Shown piece after piece: positions 27,913-37,793 of a stretch of DNA of 64,000 nt. The translations under genes and the position numbers were made by a program. The stretch spans positions 248,791-312,790 of the forward strand of contig JBPOGH010000002.1 of assembly GCA_051252135.1 (NCBI GenBank), read 5' to 3'. Each line of letters opens with the position of its first letter. Within the stretch, counting starts at the first letter, position 1. The notes under the pieces were generated by a model. The model did not search any database, was not told the DNA's origin, and saw only the letters and a list, made by a program, of their open reading frames with translations. The stretch is from Verrucomicrobiaceae bacterium (GTDB taxonomy: Bacteria; Verrucomicrobiota; Verrucomicrobiia; Verrucomicrobiales; Akkermansiaceae).

Positions 27913-28266
27913 TTAGGAGCCGGGGTCGATTCTCAGATCAGCGACGATTTCTCCGCCGATGAGGTGTTGTTGGATGATGAGTTCGAGGTTTTCGGGGGTG
28001 GCGGAGTGGTACCAGACGGCCTCGGGGTAGACGACGGCGATGGGGCCCTGGATGCAGATGCGGAGGCAGTCGGCCTTGGTGCGGTGGACGAGGGATTGGG
28101 GGCCACAGAGGCCGAGTTCCTTGAGGCGATTTTTGAGAAATTGCCAGGAGGCCATGCCCTCGTCCGGGGCACAGCATTTGGCCTCGGTGGGGGTGGCGCA
28201 GAGGAAGATGTGGCGTTGGTAGGTGTCGAGGTTGAGCGACCTGGCGACGGAGTGGAGATCGGGCAT
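27913..28266 (-). CDS. thioredoxin-like [2Fe-2S] ferredoxin domain protein (tentative)
   Basis: The Cys pattern is [16 protein letters not shown] ... [11 protein letters not shown], with a conserved-looking VVYPEAVWY. The assignment rests on pattern resemblance only. Confidence 0.5.
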   Translation of the reverse strand: MPDLHSVARSLNLDTYQRHIFLCATPTEAKCCAPDEGMASWQFLKNRLKELGLCGPQSLVHRTKADCLRICIQGPIAVVYPEAVWYHSATPENLELIIQQHLIGGEIVADLRIDPGS

Positions 28267-28284
28267 GGAGTTGAATTTGGCTAT

Positions 28285-29829
28285 TTACTCTCTAGTGCGG
28301 CCTTTGGCGATGTGGGCGGCGAGTTCCGCTTTGAGGCGGTCGGCGATCTTGGAGTGGCCTTTGATGATGTCGACCTTTTCGGAGGGGTCGTTGGAGAGGT
28401 CGTAGAGCTGAAACTTGGGAACTTTGTTCCGGGTGAGTGTCATTTCGACTTTGGTGTTGAAGGCGGTTCCTTTTTCGTGGGAGGTGAGCTTCCAGTTGCC
28501 GGAGCGGTAGCCATGGTTTCCTTTGCCGCCGTTGTCCTGCTGGATGAGGTGGTTGCGTCCGATGGCTTTGGGTTTTCCAAGGAGGGCGTCGGAGAGGTCC
28601 AGGCTATCGAGGAAGGCGTCGGCTGGGATTTCGGTGCCGGTGAGGGCGGCGAGGGAGGTGGCGAGGTCGATGGTGCAAACGACTTGTTCGGAGGTGCCCG
28701 GGGGGATGGTGCCTTTCCAGGAAGTGATGAAGGGGGTGCGGGTGCCGCCCTCGTAGATGGAGTATTTTCCGCCTTTGAAGGGGCCGGCGGCCTTGTGGGT
28801 GCCGATTTTTTCGATGGCGTCGTCCTTGTAGCCGTCGTCCATGACGGGGCCGTTATCGGAGCAGAAGACGATGAGGGTGTTTTCGGTGAGGCCGAGGCGG
28901 TCGAGGGTTTTGGTGATCTCGCCTACGGTCCAATCGAGCTGGACGATGGAGTCGGCGCGGAAGCCGTGGGGGGTGACGCCCTGGAAGCGTTCGTGCGGGA
29001 TGCGGGGGACGTGGAGATCGTGTGAGGCGTAGAAGAGGAAGAAGGGTTTGTCTTTGTTTTGCTCGATGAACTCGACGGATTTTTCGACCCATTTGTCGGC
29101 GAGGTCTTCATCGCGGAAGCGTGCTTTGTGGCCGCCGGTGTAGAAGCCGATGCGGGAGATGCCATTGTGAATGGTGGCGTTGTGCCCGTGGGACCAGTCC
29201 ATCTTGAGTGAGTCGCGATGGGTGACGCCGGTGGGGTGGTCGGGGGAGGGTTTTTTGTTTCCGACCCAGAGGGGGTCGGCGGGGTCGAGGTTGAGGACGC
29301 GGCTCTCGGTGACGTAGACCTGGGGGACGCGGTCGTTGGTGGTGGGGAGGAGGAAGTGGTGGTCGAAGCCGATTTCGCGGGGGCTGGGTTTGAGTTCGCC
29401 GTTCCAATCGGGGCCTTTTCCCTTTTCGCCGAGGCCGAGGTGCCACTTGCCGACGACGCCGGTTTGGTAGCCGGCTTTTTTCATGAGGTCGGGAAGAGTG
29501 AAGGTGTCCTGATCGATGACGAGGTGACCGTTTGGCGGAGCGATTCCGGTGCCGGGCTTGCGGAAGGCGTAGATGCCGGTGAGAAAGGAGTAGCGGGTGG
29601 GGGTGCAGGTGGAGGCGGAGCAGTAGCCGCTGGTGAAGCGCTGGCCGGAGGCGGCGAGGGCGTCGATGTGTGGAGTTTTGAAGGTGGAGGCGCCGTAGCA
29701 GGAGAGATCGCCGTAGCCCATGTCATCGGCCATGATGACGATGACGTTTGGTTTTTCAGCGGCGAAGTTGACCTGAATGAGGCCGAGGAGAAGGATGGAG
29801 AGAATTTTCATAGGATGATTTGTTGGCAT
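28285..29829 (-). CDS. arylsulfatase (formylglycine-dependent sulfatase family)
   Basis: PNVIVIMADDMGYGDLSCYG is present. The sulfatase signature is CSASTCTPTRYSFLTG (CxPxR). A signal peptide is present. An alternative start lies at 29811. Confidence 0.85.
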   Translation of the reverse strand: MPTNHPMKILSILLLGLIQVNFAAEKPNVIVIMADDMGYGDLSCYGASTFKTPHIDALAASGQRFTSGYCSASTCTPTRYSFLTGIYAFRKPGTGIAPPNGHLVIDQDTFTLPDLMKKAGYQTGVVGKWHLGLGEKGKGPDWNGELKPSPREIGFDHHFLLPTTNDRVPQVYVTESRVLNLDPADPLWVGNKKPSPDHPTGVTHRDSLKMDWSHGHNATIHNGISRIGFYTGGHKARFRDEDLADKWVEKSVEFIEQNKDKPFFLFYASHDLHVPRIPHERFQGVTPHGFRADSIVQLDWTVGEITKTLDRLGLTENTLIVFCSDNGPVMDDGYKDDAIEKIGTHKAAGPFKGGKYSIYEGGTRTPFITSWKGTIPPGTSEQVVCTIDLATSLAALTGTEIPADAFLDSLDLSDALLGKPKAIGRNHLIQQDNGGKGNHGYRSGNWKLTSHEKGTAFNTKVEMTLTRNKVPKFQLYDLSNDPSEKVDIIKGHSKIADRLKAELAAHIAKGRTRE

Positions 29830-29906
29830 GGGTATGTCATGCGGAGAGGTGATGGTGCAAGGGTAGAGGAAAATAAGGTATTGAGCCCGAGGTCGCTGAT
29901 GTGCGG

Positions 29907-31322
29907 TCAAATCCTCCCCAAAAAGGTAGCCACATCACCCGGAGTCAAAGATTGCCCGGTAGCACCGGCAACCAAGGCCAATTCGGCGGCCCGCCCTGCG
30001 AGGTACGCTCCCGCTCTCGCGGCATCAAAAGGGGATAATCCGGAAGCCATCAAGGCCCCGAGCAGACCTGAAAGCAGATCACCCTGACCACCGGTCGCCA
30101 TCGCCGGAGTGCCTGTGGTATTGAAATGAAGGTTTTTCTCCGCTTGGGTGACGATGGTGCGTGCTCCTTTAAGAAGGAGAGTTGCGGCGCATGCCGAGGT
30201 GAACCGGCGCGCCCGTTCCGCGCGGGTTCCCTCGCCGGAAACAAGACGTGCCATTTCACCCGGGTGCGGGGTGGCGAGGACATTCTCACCCAACAAGGAG
30301 AGTTGGTTGTTTTCCGCAATCAGATTGAGGGCGTCGGCATCGAGAACCAGGGGTCTGGAATTCGTTTGTAAAAAGCGGGTCAGTTTTTCGCCTGTTTTCC
30401 CATCGGTTCCCAGGCCCGGTCCGATGACAAAAGCATCCGCTTCCAGATCATGCCAATTCTCCGGTCGCTCGCGGAGCATGATCTCGGGAGGAAGGAGTGG
30501 CAGCATGAGTTCTACCTCACCTGGCTCGACGTAGAGTGAAATCAGACCGCCCCCTCCCCGCAAGGCACCTGTTGCGCAAAGGCTGGCCGCTCCCCGCGTC
30601 CCCGGTGCTCCGGCGATGATGGCAATTTTTCCGGCCATCCCCTTATGAAAACTGAAAGGACGCGGCGGCAAGAGATTCCGCACTGTCCCGGCCGTGGTGA
30701 GCCGATCGCCTTCGCCCGGACACGGCAATTCCTCCACTTCGATTAAACTCAAGCGTCCCACAAAATCAATGGCCCGATCGGCGATCAATCCTCTTTTGGG
30801 AATCCCAACCGTCAGGGTGTGATCGGCAATCACCGCGCCCCCTTCTCCGGTGTCGGCATTGAGCCCTGATGGCAAGTCCATCGCGATGGTGCGCGCGCCT
30901 TCCGTGATCCGGAGTCGGTTCATCTCCTCCGCCATCCCCGCCAAGGGTTCGCGCAAGGCGCCCTCGCTCCCGATTCCCAACAAGCCATCGAGGAGCAGCA
31001 GCGGCCCCCTCCGAAATCCCGTGACATCATCACCCAGTTCATTCCACATCCATCCCGTTAGTGGTGCCAGTTCCTCCCGCCGGAATGCCGACCGTACTTC
31101 CACGGCCCACCCGGCATCCTTCAAATGACGTGCCATGACCAGCGCGTCACCGGCATTGTGACCTTTTCCGAGAAATGCGATCACGCTTCCCGGTGTGGCA
31201 TGATCACGGAGAATCACTCCGGCCATGCGCCGCCCCACCTTTTCCATCAGGGCTTCCGGAGTAGCCCCTTTTTCAAAGGCGAGCTCCTCGATTTTCTGCA
31301 TCTCCGCGCAAGTGACCATCAC
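29907..31322 (-). CDS. nnr: bifunctional NAD(P)H-hydrate epimerase / ADP-dependent dehydratase
   Basis: The YjeF N-terminal domain (GKGHNAGDALVMARHL) is joined to the C-terminal carbohydrate-kinase-like domain (HKGMAGKIAIIAGAPG, GGQGDLLSG). Confidence 0.85.
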   Translation of the reverse strand: MMVTCAEMQKIEELAFEKGATPEALMEKVGRRMAGVILRDHATPGSVIAFLGKGHNAGDALVMARHLKDAGWAVEVRSAFRREELAPLTGWMWNELGDDVTGFRRGPLLLLDGLLGIGSEGALREPLAGMAEEMNRLRITEGARTIAMDLPSGLNADTGEGGAVIADHTLTVGIPKRGLIADRAIDFVGRLSLIEVEELPCPGEGDRLTTAGTVRNLLPPRPFSFHKGMAGKIAIIAGAPGTRGAASLCATGALRGGGGLISLYVEPGEVELMLPLLPPEIMLRERPENWHDLEADAFVIGPGLGTDGKTGEKLTRFLQTNSRPLVLDADALNLIAENNQLSLLGENVLATPHPGEMARLVSGEGTRAERARRFTSACAATLLLKGARTIVTQAEKNLHFNTTGTPAMATGGQGDLLSGLLGALMASGLSPFDAARAGAYLAGRAAELALVAGATGQSLTPGDVATFLGRI

Positions 31323-31339
31323 CGTGTCAGGGTATCAGC

Positions 31340-33904
31340 CTACTTCCGCACGATGGAGTAGAAAGCTTCACAAAGATCGCCCTTGGTTGGGGGAAGGCTC
31401 TTCGAGTGGAACTGGAATACCTGGTTTTCACCGCTCGGCGGAAGTGATTCCAAGTGGAGTGTTAGCGAGGTTCCGTCCGCCGACCGCTTCATCGAAACAA
31501 TCTTGTGCCCGGTTTTATCATTCTCCGGAGAGCCATACTTCGGGCTATCGAGGTAGGTCCAGGAAGACAGACTGATCTTGTCTACTGCGGGCGCCTTTTC
31601 CAGTGCTTGCGTAAAGTGGAGCGTGAACGAAGCGCCTTCTCTTGTGACATCGTGAAGCTGGTTCGCCGGTTTGGTCTTGGTCCGATAGATTCGCACCAGC
31701 GCATCCTCCTTGCCACCTTGCGCACGCCATCCGCGACCCGTCTGCCCCACGAAAAGATCGCCCTTGGGATCAAACTCCAGCCGCATTACTCCGGAAGGAA
31801 AGCCGTGGGCAAATGGAATCAGAGCGGCCTCATGATGGGGCTTGGGCAAAATGCGGAAGATGTTTGAAAGGGTTTGGTCGCCCATGAACATCTGTCCGGT
31901 GAAGGGACCGAACTTTCCTTCGGTTCGATCCCAGACCGGGCTGCCGGGCGAGTTGGCGAGGCGCGAGTGTGGCATGAGGGCAATGGCCTTCACCTTGGAA
32001 TCCTTGACCGCATCCCATTTCAGCTCGGGCGAATCCGGATTGAGACCGGGGAGATCGACCAAGCCCGAAGGATGCCCGTAGAACTTGTCCTGTTCCAAAA
32101 TGAACAATTTTGAGGTGCCGACGTATTCCCCCTGGTTCTCGGAGTAGTAAAGTTTCCCGTCCGGTCCAGTTCCCAAGCCCGCCGGACTCCTCAGTCCCCA
32201 TGAGAACGGGGTCATCTCTCCCTCCGGGGAAATCTGCAGGGACCATCCGCGCAGGCCACCCTGGGCACCCATCCAGGCGCCGTCGGCCTTGTAGATGTGC
32301 TTGGGATCGTTTGCTGCGGCGAGATTTGTCTGCACGTAGTAGTTTCCGTCCTCTCCCTTGGCAGGCCCATGGAGGTATTCGTGGTAGTTCACCGAGATGA
32401 GGAAGTCATCGTTGAGGGTTTCGTAGTGATCCATCCAACCATCCCCATCGGTATCGCGAAGCCGGGTTAGCTCGGGTTTTTGGGCCACGATGACGGTGTG
32501 TTCATCCTCCACGATCACGCCCAGGGCATCGAGCAATCCTTCCCCGATCTGAACCCAGCTTCCCGCTTCCAGTTTCCACAGTCCTGCGGTGCGGGTCGAT
32601 ACGATGATGGCCCCGTTCGGGGAGATATCCATGCCGAGGGGTTCGAAAAGTTGCACCCGTCCGTTGACATCAAGCGGGGGGGCGATGGCCTCGGCCCCGT
32701 ATCCTTGCGGAAGCCACACCTTGTCCGCTTTGCTCGAAACGATTTTTTGCAAGCCGCGATCGGTAGTGACTCCGTCGGGGCGCCAGGGATCACCGACGGG
32801 CTTTGGGAGTTGAAAGGTGATCTCGGCAGGGAGTTTGTCGACCGTCCATGTTTTTTCCTCCCGGCCCAGAACCGGAGAAAGCTGAAACTTCTGCGGTGAC
32901 ACGAGCTCACCGGTGAGGGAAATTTTTCCCTGCCCGTTCGTGCCAAGAGTGAACTGAAGGTGGAACACGTTTTTTCCGACCTCAAAAGAGAAGGTCGGAA
33001 CATCGGCGTGCCGGTAACCGAGGAAGTTGCCCCCCGCGGCCGCCAGTTGATCGGCGAAGTCTTCCTTCCCGTAGAGATTTTTTCCAATGGTCTCGTTGTC
33101 CCAGGTTTTGGGAGATTTGAAGGAAAGGTCGATGGGGGCGCCGGTCTTGGGATGAAGGGGCGCAAGAAGGGGGCCGTAGAGGTCCACTTCCATGGCATTC
33201 TGTCCGAGTCGGGCCGGCTTGCCTCCGCGTCCCGTGACCTCTTCACGAATGTTCAGGAATCCGCCCCACCAGACCCGTTCGATGGAAAGTGAGATGGGAT
33301 CAAAGGCGTAGTTCAAGCCGCCGGGTGTCCCGACAAAGACGGCGCGTGTTGAGCTCTTGGGCACTCGGGCGCGATAGATGCGGGTCCGATCCGTGACGAG
33401 AATTTCGGCAGGGTCGGCAATGGGCGTGAGCACTTCGCTTTCGTTCTTTTTGGCATCGACCAGGACTTCCTTCGGTCCGGCTTTCCCGGCGTCGTTGAGG
33501 GTGAGGAGATATTGGTAAATGGCCTTGGCCTTAAAATCGGAAATGAAGGCTCCGTCATAGGGAGGCATGATTGGCAGATAGGGTTCGCCCTTGGTTGCTC
33601 CGCTTTCCGCGATCGCGATGTCCTCGGCAGCCCGGCGCAGTGATTGGCGGAAGTAATTGAAATCGGCAGTCACGGTTTGGCGGTGCTGCTCGCCACCGCT
33701 CAGGACCTCGCGCTTGCGGGCCTTTTGTTGAAACAAGCCGTAGAGTCCCGGGCCGGTCTTTACGGCATCATCGTTCTTAATCTCCGAATGACACTCGGCA
33801 CAACCGACGGCGTGGAAGGTCTCGCGACCGAGTTGGACAAGATCAATTTTTTCCTGCGAGAAAGCAGGGAGAGCGAGAAGAGAAAGGAAACCGAGGAATC
33901 GCAT
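31340..33904 (-). CDS. secreted cytochrome c domain / beta-propeller (sugar dehydrogenase-like) protein
   Basis: Signal peptide, then one CxxCH (GCAECH) near the N-terminus. A long beta-rich region follows, with DTDGDGWMD and propeller-like repeats. The precise family was not resolved by eye. Confidence 0.55.
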   Translation of the reverse strand: MRFLGFLSLLALPAFSQEKIDLVQLGRETFHAVGCAECHSEIKNDDAVKTGPGLYGLFQQKARKREVLSGGEQHRQTVTADFNYFRQSLRRAAEDIAIAESGATKGEPYLPIMPPYDGAFISDFKAKAIYQYLLTLNDAGKAGPKEVLVDAKKNESEVLTPIADPAEILVTDRTRIYRARVPKSSTRAVFVGTPGGLNYAFDPISLSIERVWWGGFLNIREEVTGRGGKPARLGQNAMEVDLYGPLLAPLHPKTGAPIDLSFKSPKTWDNETIGKNLYGKEDFADQLAAAGGNFLGYRHADVPTFSFEVGKNVFHLQFTLGTNGQGKISLTGELVSPQKFQLSPVLGREEKTWTVDKLPAEITFQLPKPVGDPWRPDGVTTDRGLQKIVSSKADKVWLPQGYGAEAIAPPLDVNGRVQLFEPLGMDISPNGAIIVSTRTAGLWKLEAGSWVQIGEGLLDALGVIVEDEHTVIVAQKPELTRLRDTDGDGWMDHYETLNDDFLISVNYHEYLHGPAKGEDGNYYVQTNLAAANDPKHIYKADGAWMGAQGGLRGWSLQISPEGEMTPFSWGLRSPAGLGTGPDGKLYYSENQGEYVGTSKLFILEQDKFYGHPSGLVDLPGLNPDSPELKWDAVKDSKVKAIALMPHSRLANSPGSPVWDRTEGKFGPFTGQMFMGDQTLSNIFRILPKPHHEAALIPFAHGFPSGVMRLEFDPKGDLFVGQTGRGWRAQGGKEDALVRIYRTKTKPANQLHDVTREGASFTLHFTQALEKAPAVDKISLSSWTYLDSPKYGSPENDKTGHKIVSMKRSADGTSLTLHLESLPPSGENQVFQFHSKSLPPTKGDLCEAFYSIVRK

Positions 33905-33987
33905 TCCGCGAGACTTCCATTTTGGGAGCCTTTTGGAAATGGCGAAAGTCGCTAGCCAAAGCCTCCGTCCAAGGTTTCACTCTTCCC

Positions 33988-34794
33988 ATGGACAATCCCT
34001 ACATGGCCCCGCAAGCACCACCGCAGGTCCAGCCGCCACCCATTCCGGCGGCGGAGAAGAAGGCCTGGAACGCGTGGTGGACCCTGCTTTGGGGTTTGGT
34101 CCTTTTTGGGATTTGGCAGGTCGTTCAGGGGATTGGCTTTGTGATCTATATGGTCAAAGAGGGGATCATTCAAAAGATCACGCGCACGGATCCTCCGATC
34201 TCGGAAGAGGAACTGATGGGGCTTCTCATGGATGGTGATGTCATCGGCGCGGTGTCCTTTGTTGCGATCTTTGCGGTCTGTCCCGCGGCGTGGTTTTTGG
34301 GCCGGGCCAAGAAGCCCTGGGGAGGATGGGAGTATCTTGGGAATGCGGCGGTGCGCTGGTGGAAATGGCCGATGTGGCTTGCGGTGACCTATCTTCTGGG
34401 AATCGGGATGAGCTTGGTCGCGCCCTCGATGGGGATCGACGAAATGCATGAATCGATGGTCCAGATGGCGACTTCCACGGACTACGCCATTTTGCTTTTC
34501 CTGGGGGTGGCAATCGGGGCGCCGTTGGTGGAGGAGTTCATGTTCCGTGGTTTGCTTTTTCGGGGCTGGCGGGAGTCACGTCTCGGACTTTGGGGGACCC
34601 TGATCCTGACTTCATTGATTTGGACCTCGATGCACGTGCAATACGAGGCGCCGATTCTGGGTTTCCTTTTCGTGTTCGGAATTATTTTGGGCCTGGCTCG
34701 CGAGTGGACCGGAAACGTCTGGGTTCCGGTCGCGATGCACGCGCTCAACAATGGCCTCTCGGTGATCGTGATGCTCACCACGGATTTTTCCTAG
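33988..34794 (+). CDS. CPBP-family intramembrane glutamic endopeptidase (CAAX protease/Abi-like)
   Basis: Three CPBP motifs are present: EEFMFRG, SMHVQY and MHALNN. The protein is polytopic. I start it at MDNPYMAPQ. Confidence 0.8.
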   Translation: MDNPYMAPQAPPQVQPPPIPAAEKKAWNAWWTLLWGLVLFGIWQVVQGIGFVIYMVKEGIIQKITRTDPPISEEELMGLLMDGDVIGAVSFVAIFAVCPAAWFLGRAKKPWGGWEYLGNAAVRWWKWPMWLAVTYLLGIGMSLVAPSMGIDEMHESMVQMATSTDYAILLFLGVAIGAPLVEEFMFRGLLFRGWRESRLGLWGTLILTSLIWTSMHVQYEAPILGFLFVFGIILGLAREWTGNVWVPVAMHALNNGLSVIVMLTTDFS

Positions 34795-34874
34795 GGTGAG
34801 CCGATGGCGGGATGCGGATGGTGCCTGAGAGGGTGAAGATGAATTCAGCAGGAGTTCAGGTGCCCCGGTGGGGC

Positions 34875-35510
34875 TCACTCCTTGGGGAGAAGGGGGCGGA
34901 CTTTTTCCGCGATCAGGGAGGCGATGATTTTGTTTCCGGCGGGGCTGGGGTGGACGCCATCGCGGTGCATCCAGGTGGGTTCCTTGAGAAGGAGTTGATT
35001 GAGGTCGACGACGGGGGCTTCGTTCTTTTTCGCGACTTTTATGGCGGTGTCCCGGTAGTCGGAGAGGAGTTTGGCGAGGCCTGCGGGGCCGTTGTAGTCG
35101 GCTTCCTGGTGCCGGGTGAAGTAGGGCTTGGGATCGATGGGAGGTGGGGTGCAGATGACGATCTGTGCTTTGGCCTTGCGGCAGGCCTTGGCGATGGCGG
35201 TCAGGTTTTCCTCGTACTTCGGGAGGGGGATGTGGGCGCGGTCGCTATCGACGCGGATGTCATTGGTGCCAAAGAAGACGACCACGATATCGGGATGATG
35301 ATCGAGGACGTCCTTTTGAATGCGCTTGAGGCCCTGGAGGGAATTGTGGCCGGCGACGCCGGAGCTGATGACTTCGGTTCCGGTGAGTTCGGCGAGGAGT
35401 GCGGGGTAGCCGCGCTTGGTGATGCTATCGCCGAAGCAGACGATCTTCGTTTTTTCGGCGAGAGCGGCGGTTGCGGTGAGGCAAAGGATGAGGAGGGTCT
35501 TGAAGGGCAT
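34875..35510 (-). CDS. SGNH/GDSL hydrolase
   Basis: Block I is FGDSIT and block III is FFGTNDI. Block V is DGVHPSPAG. A signal peptide is present. Confidence 0.8.
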   Translation of the reverse strand: MPFKTLLILCLTATAALAEKTKIVCFGDSITKRGYPALLAELTGTEVISSGVAGHNSLQGLKRIQKDVLDHHPDIVVVFFGTNDIRVDSDRAHIPLPKYEENLTAIAKACRKAKAQIVICTPPPIDPKPYFTRHQEADYNGPAGLAKLLSDYRDTAIKVAKKNEAPVVDLNQLLLKEPTWMHRDGVHPSPAGNKIIASLIAEKVRPLLPKE

Positions 35511-35570
35511 CTATTGGGGGACGGTTTAGGGTGATCCGGCCTCGAGCATCAATGCCGGGAACGATGTCTG

Positions 35571-37691
35571 TCAGTTCCTGGTGACGCGATAGAAGATCTT
35601 GGGAGAGTTTGCGGGATTGAGTGAATCCTCGTAGGTGATGAAGCCATCGGTGGAGCTCGCCTGGTCGTTCAGTTCGATCCAGTCTTCGAGATCGTAGGAT
35701 GCTTCGATCTTGTAGGTTGCGCCCGCATCGGCGGGGAAGGTGATGCTGGCTTTGCCATTTTCCCCAATGACGATGTTTGTAATTTCGAGAGGGGAGCTGA
35801 CGAGGACCTGGAGCGGTGTGGCACCGGCAGCGAGAGAGGTGATCTGCTCTTGATCAAGGGCCCGGCTAAAGACGGCAAACTCATCGATGAGGCCACCGAA
35901 GCTTTGAGATTCATTTGAACCATTTCCGCCGATGCGGATGCCGCCATCGATGTTTGAAAGAGGGCCGCTGTCGATTGATGATCCCTGGAGGACGCCGTCG
36001 ATGTAGATTTCCTTTTCTCCGTTGGCTTTCTTTTGGAAGACAAAGTGCTGCCATTGTTTTTCGACCAAGAGGCTCGTGGAGGCTCCGGGAATGGTGAGGC
36101 GGTTGTAGGTTGCGGAGCCATCGGCGCTATCGAAGTAGATTGTGCCATCGGACCAGGGGATGTGGGCCTGGAAACCACGGGCCCCGGTGAACCAGAAGCT
36201 TGATGTCTGAACGCCGAAGACATCGATATACTGCCAGAGGCTGACCGCCATGGCGTTGTTGATTTCGGCTTGAGCGAGATGATCGCCCAGGGGAACGAAG
36301 GCGTAGGCGGAGTCCCTTGCGGGTCCGAGGTTGAGGGCGAGATCACCGGGGTTTCCGGAATGGCCTCCTGCGTCCGCGGAGAAGGCGGCGGTGTTGACGA
36401 AGCCTGCGGCTGGCGCGTTTCCGCTCACATCAGGAGCTGACAGGGCGGTGGAGTTGTCATCGAAGTCCCAGTATCCAAGGAGTTCTAGGTTCTCACTAAT
36501 GGGGGTGTCGTTGGGGTCGTTTGGATCCGAGCCCTTAATGACTTCCAGATAGTCATTGATGGTATCGGAATCCGTATCAACGAGGAACGGGCTGGAGCCT
36601 GTTTGGGTGAGATCGAGGAATGGCTTGGTGGGGTCTTCCACGCCGTCCTTCAATCCGTCCCCGTCGGTATCGGGATTGAGAGGGTTTGTGCCGCTATCGG
36701 TTTCTGCTGAAACGAAGGTGCCGGAGTTTGATTCGATGTTGTCGGGCAAGCCGTCATCATCGGTATCAGGCTTGACGGGTGAGGTGAGCAGAACGCTTTC
36801 TTCGAGGTTGGTGAGGGTGTCGTTGTCAAAATCGTCGCCGGGGAGGACGTCTGCGATGCTGGTGATGGCGTCGTTTTCATCGGCGTCGATAATCAATTGC
36901 TCGTATTCATCGTCCATGCCGTCGGAGTCGGAATCTGAGTTATTAGCGACTTCAACAGGAGTCTGACCGGCGATGAGGTCGGCAATTTGCTCCGGTGAAA
37001 GGGCGTCGGCGTAAATGGCGAAGTCATCGATCCGCCCGCCGAATCCCTGTGAGCCATCAGCGGCGCGCGCTCCGATGAAGAAGTCGGTGGCCAATTGGGG
37101 GACGGCATTGGCTCCGGAGGGGGTCTCGGCAACGAGGACTCCATCGACCCAAATCTGTTTGTTGCCGTCGGCAACCTGCATGACAAAGTGGTGCCAGCTG
37201 TCGAGCAAGCCTGCCGGGGCGTCGACCTGGAGGCGTGCGGGTCCACTCGTGCCATTGTTGTCGAGGTAGAGGATGCCGTTTGACCATGGAGTGTGTGCCT
37301 GGAAGCCGCGAACCGGGGAGGCCGCGGTATTGAGAACCGAGAAGGTGGTTGATCCGGTGTTGCCGCCGGCACCATCTCCGATGTCGTATTGCCAGAAGCT
37401 CACGGCCATGGCATTACGGGTGGTTGCCAGGGAGAGGTCGATTCCGCTGATGAGGGCGTAAGCGCCATTATTGAAAGCTCCGACATCGAGTGAATAGTCA
37501 CCGGCTTGTCCGCTGGCGCCATCGGCATCTGCGGAAATGACGGCTCCGCCTTCGAGGGTGGCGTCGTTCCCGTTCGGGGATTGGTCTGCTGTTTGGTTGT
37601 CGAAATTGTGATAGGAGAGGAGCTCGAGTGAATAGAGCGGAGCGGTGGATGCCATGGAGATGGCAAGGGGCAGGAGGTAGGAGAGTTTCAT
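35571..37691 (-). CDS. secreted protein with two LamG (Laminin_G_3-type) domains separated by calcium-binding TSP3-like repeats
   Basis: The LamG end motifs are GGRIDDFAIYADALSPEQI and GGLIDEFAVFSRALDQEQI. The Asp-rich repeats include DSDSDGMDDEYE, DTDDDGLPDNIE, DTDGDGLKDGVED and DTDSDTINDYLE. Confidence 0.75.
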   Translation of the reverse strand: MKLSYLLPLAISMASTAPLYSLELLSYHNFDNQTADQSPNGNDATLEGGAVISADADGASGQAGDYSLDVGAFNNGAYALISGIDLSLATTRNAMAVSFWQYDIGDGAGGNTGSTTFSVLNTAASPVRGFQAHTPWSNGILYLDNNGTSGPARLQVDAPAGLLDSWHHFVMQVADGNKQIWVDGVLVAETPSGANAVPQLATDFFIGARAADGSQGFGGRIDDFAIYADALSPEQIADLIAGQTPVEVANNSDSDSDGMDDEYEQLIIDADENDAITSIADVLPGDDFDNDTLTNLEESVLLTSPVKPDTDDDGLPDNIESNSGTFVSAETDSGTNPLNPDTDGDGLKDGVEDPTKPFLDLTQTGSSPFLVDTDSDTINDYLEVIKGSDPNDPNDTPISENLELLGYWDFDDNSTALSAPDVSGNAPAAGFVNTAAFSADAGGHSGNPGDLALNLGPARDSAYAFVPLGDHLAQAEINNAMAVSLWQYIDVFGVQTSSFWFTGARGFQAHIPWSDGTIYFDSADGSATYNRLTIPGASTSLLVEKQWQHFVFQKKANGEKEIYIDGVLQGSSIDSGPLSNIDGGIRIGGNGSNESQSFGGLIDEFAVFSRALDQEQITSLAAGATPLQVLVSSPLEITNIVIGENGKASITFPADAGATYKIEASYDLEDWIELNDQASSTDGFITYEDSLNPANSPKIFYRVTRN

Positions 37692-37793
37692 AAAGTCTTT
37701 TTCTAGATGTACTTAAGTGCGCAGCTTAGGTGTTGAATCCCAGAGTGGCAATTTCTAATCTGGAACTTGTCTGATAGCTTGGGGAGGTGGCTG

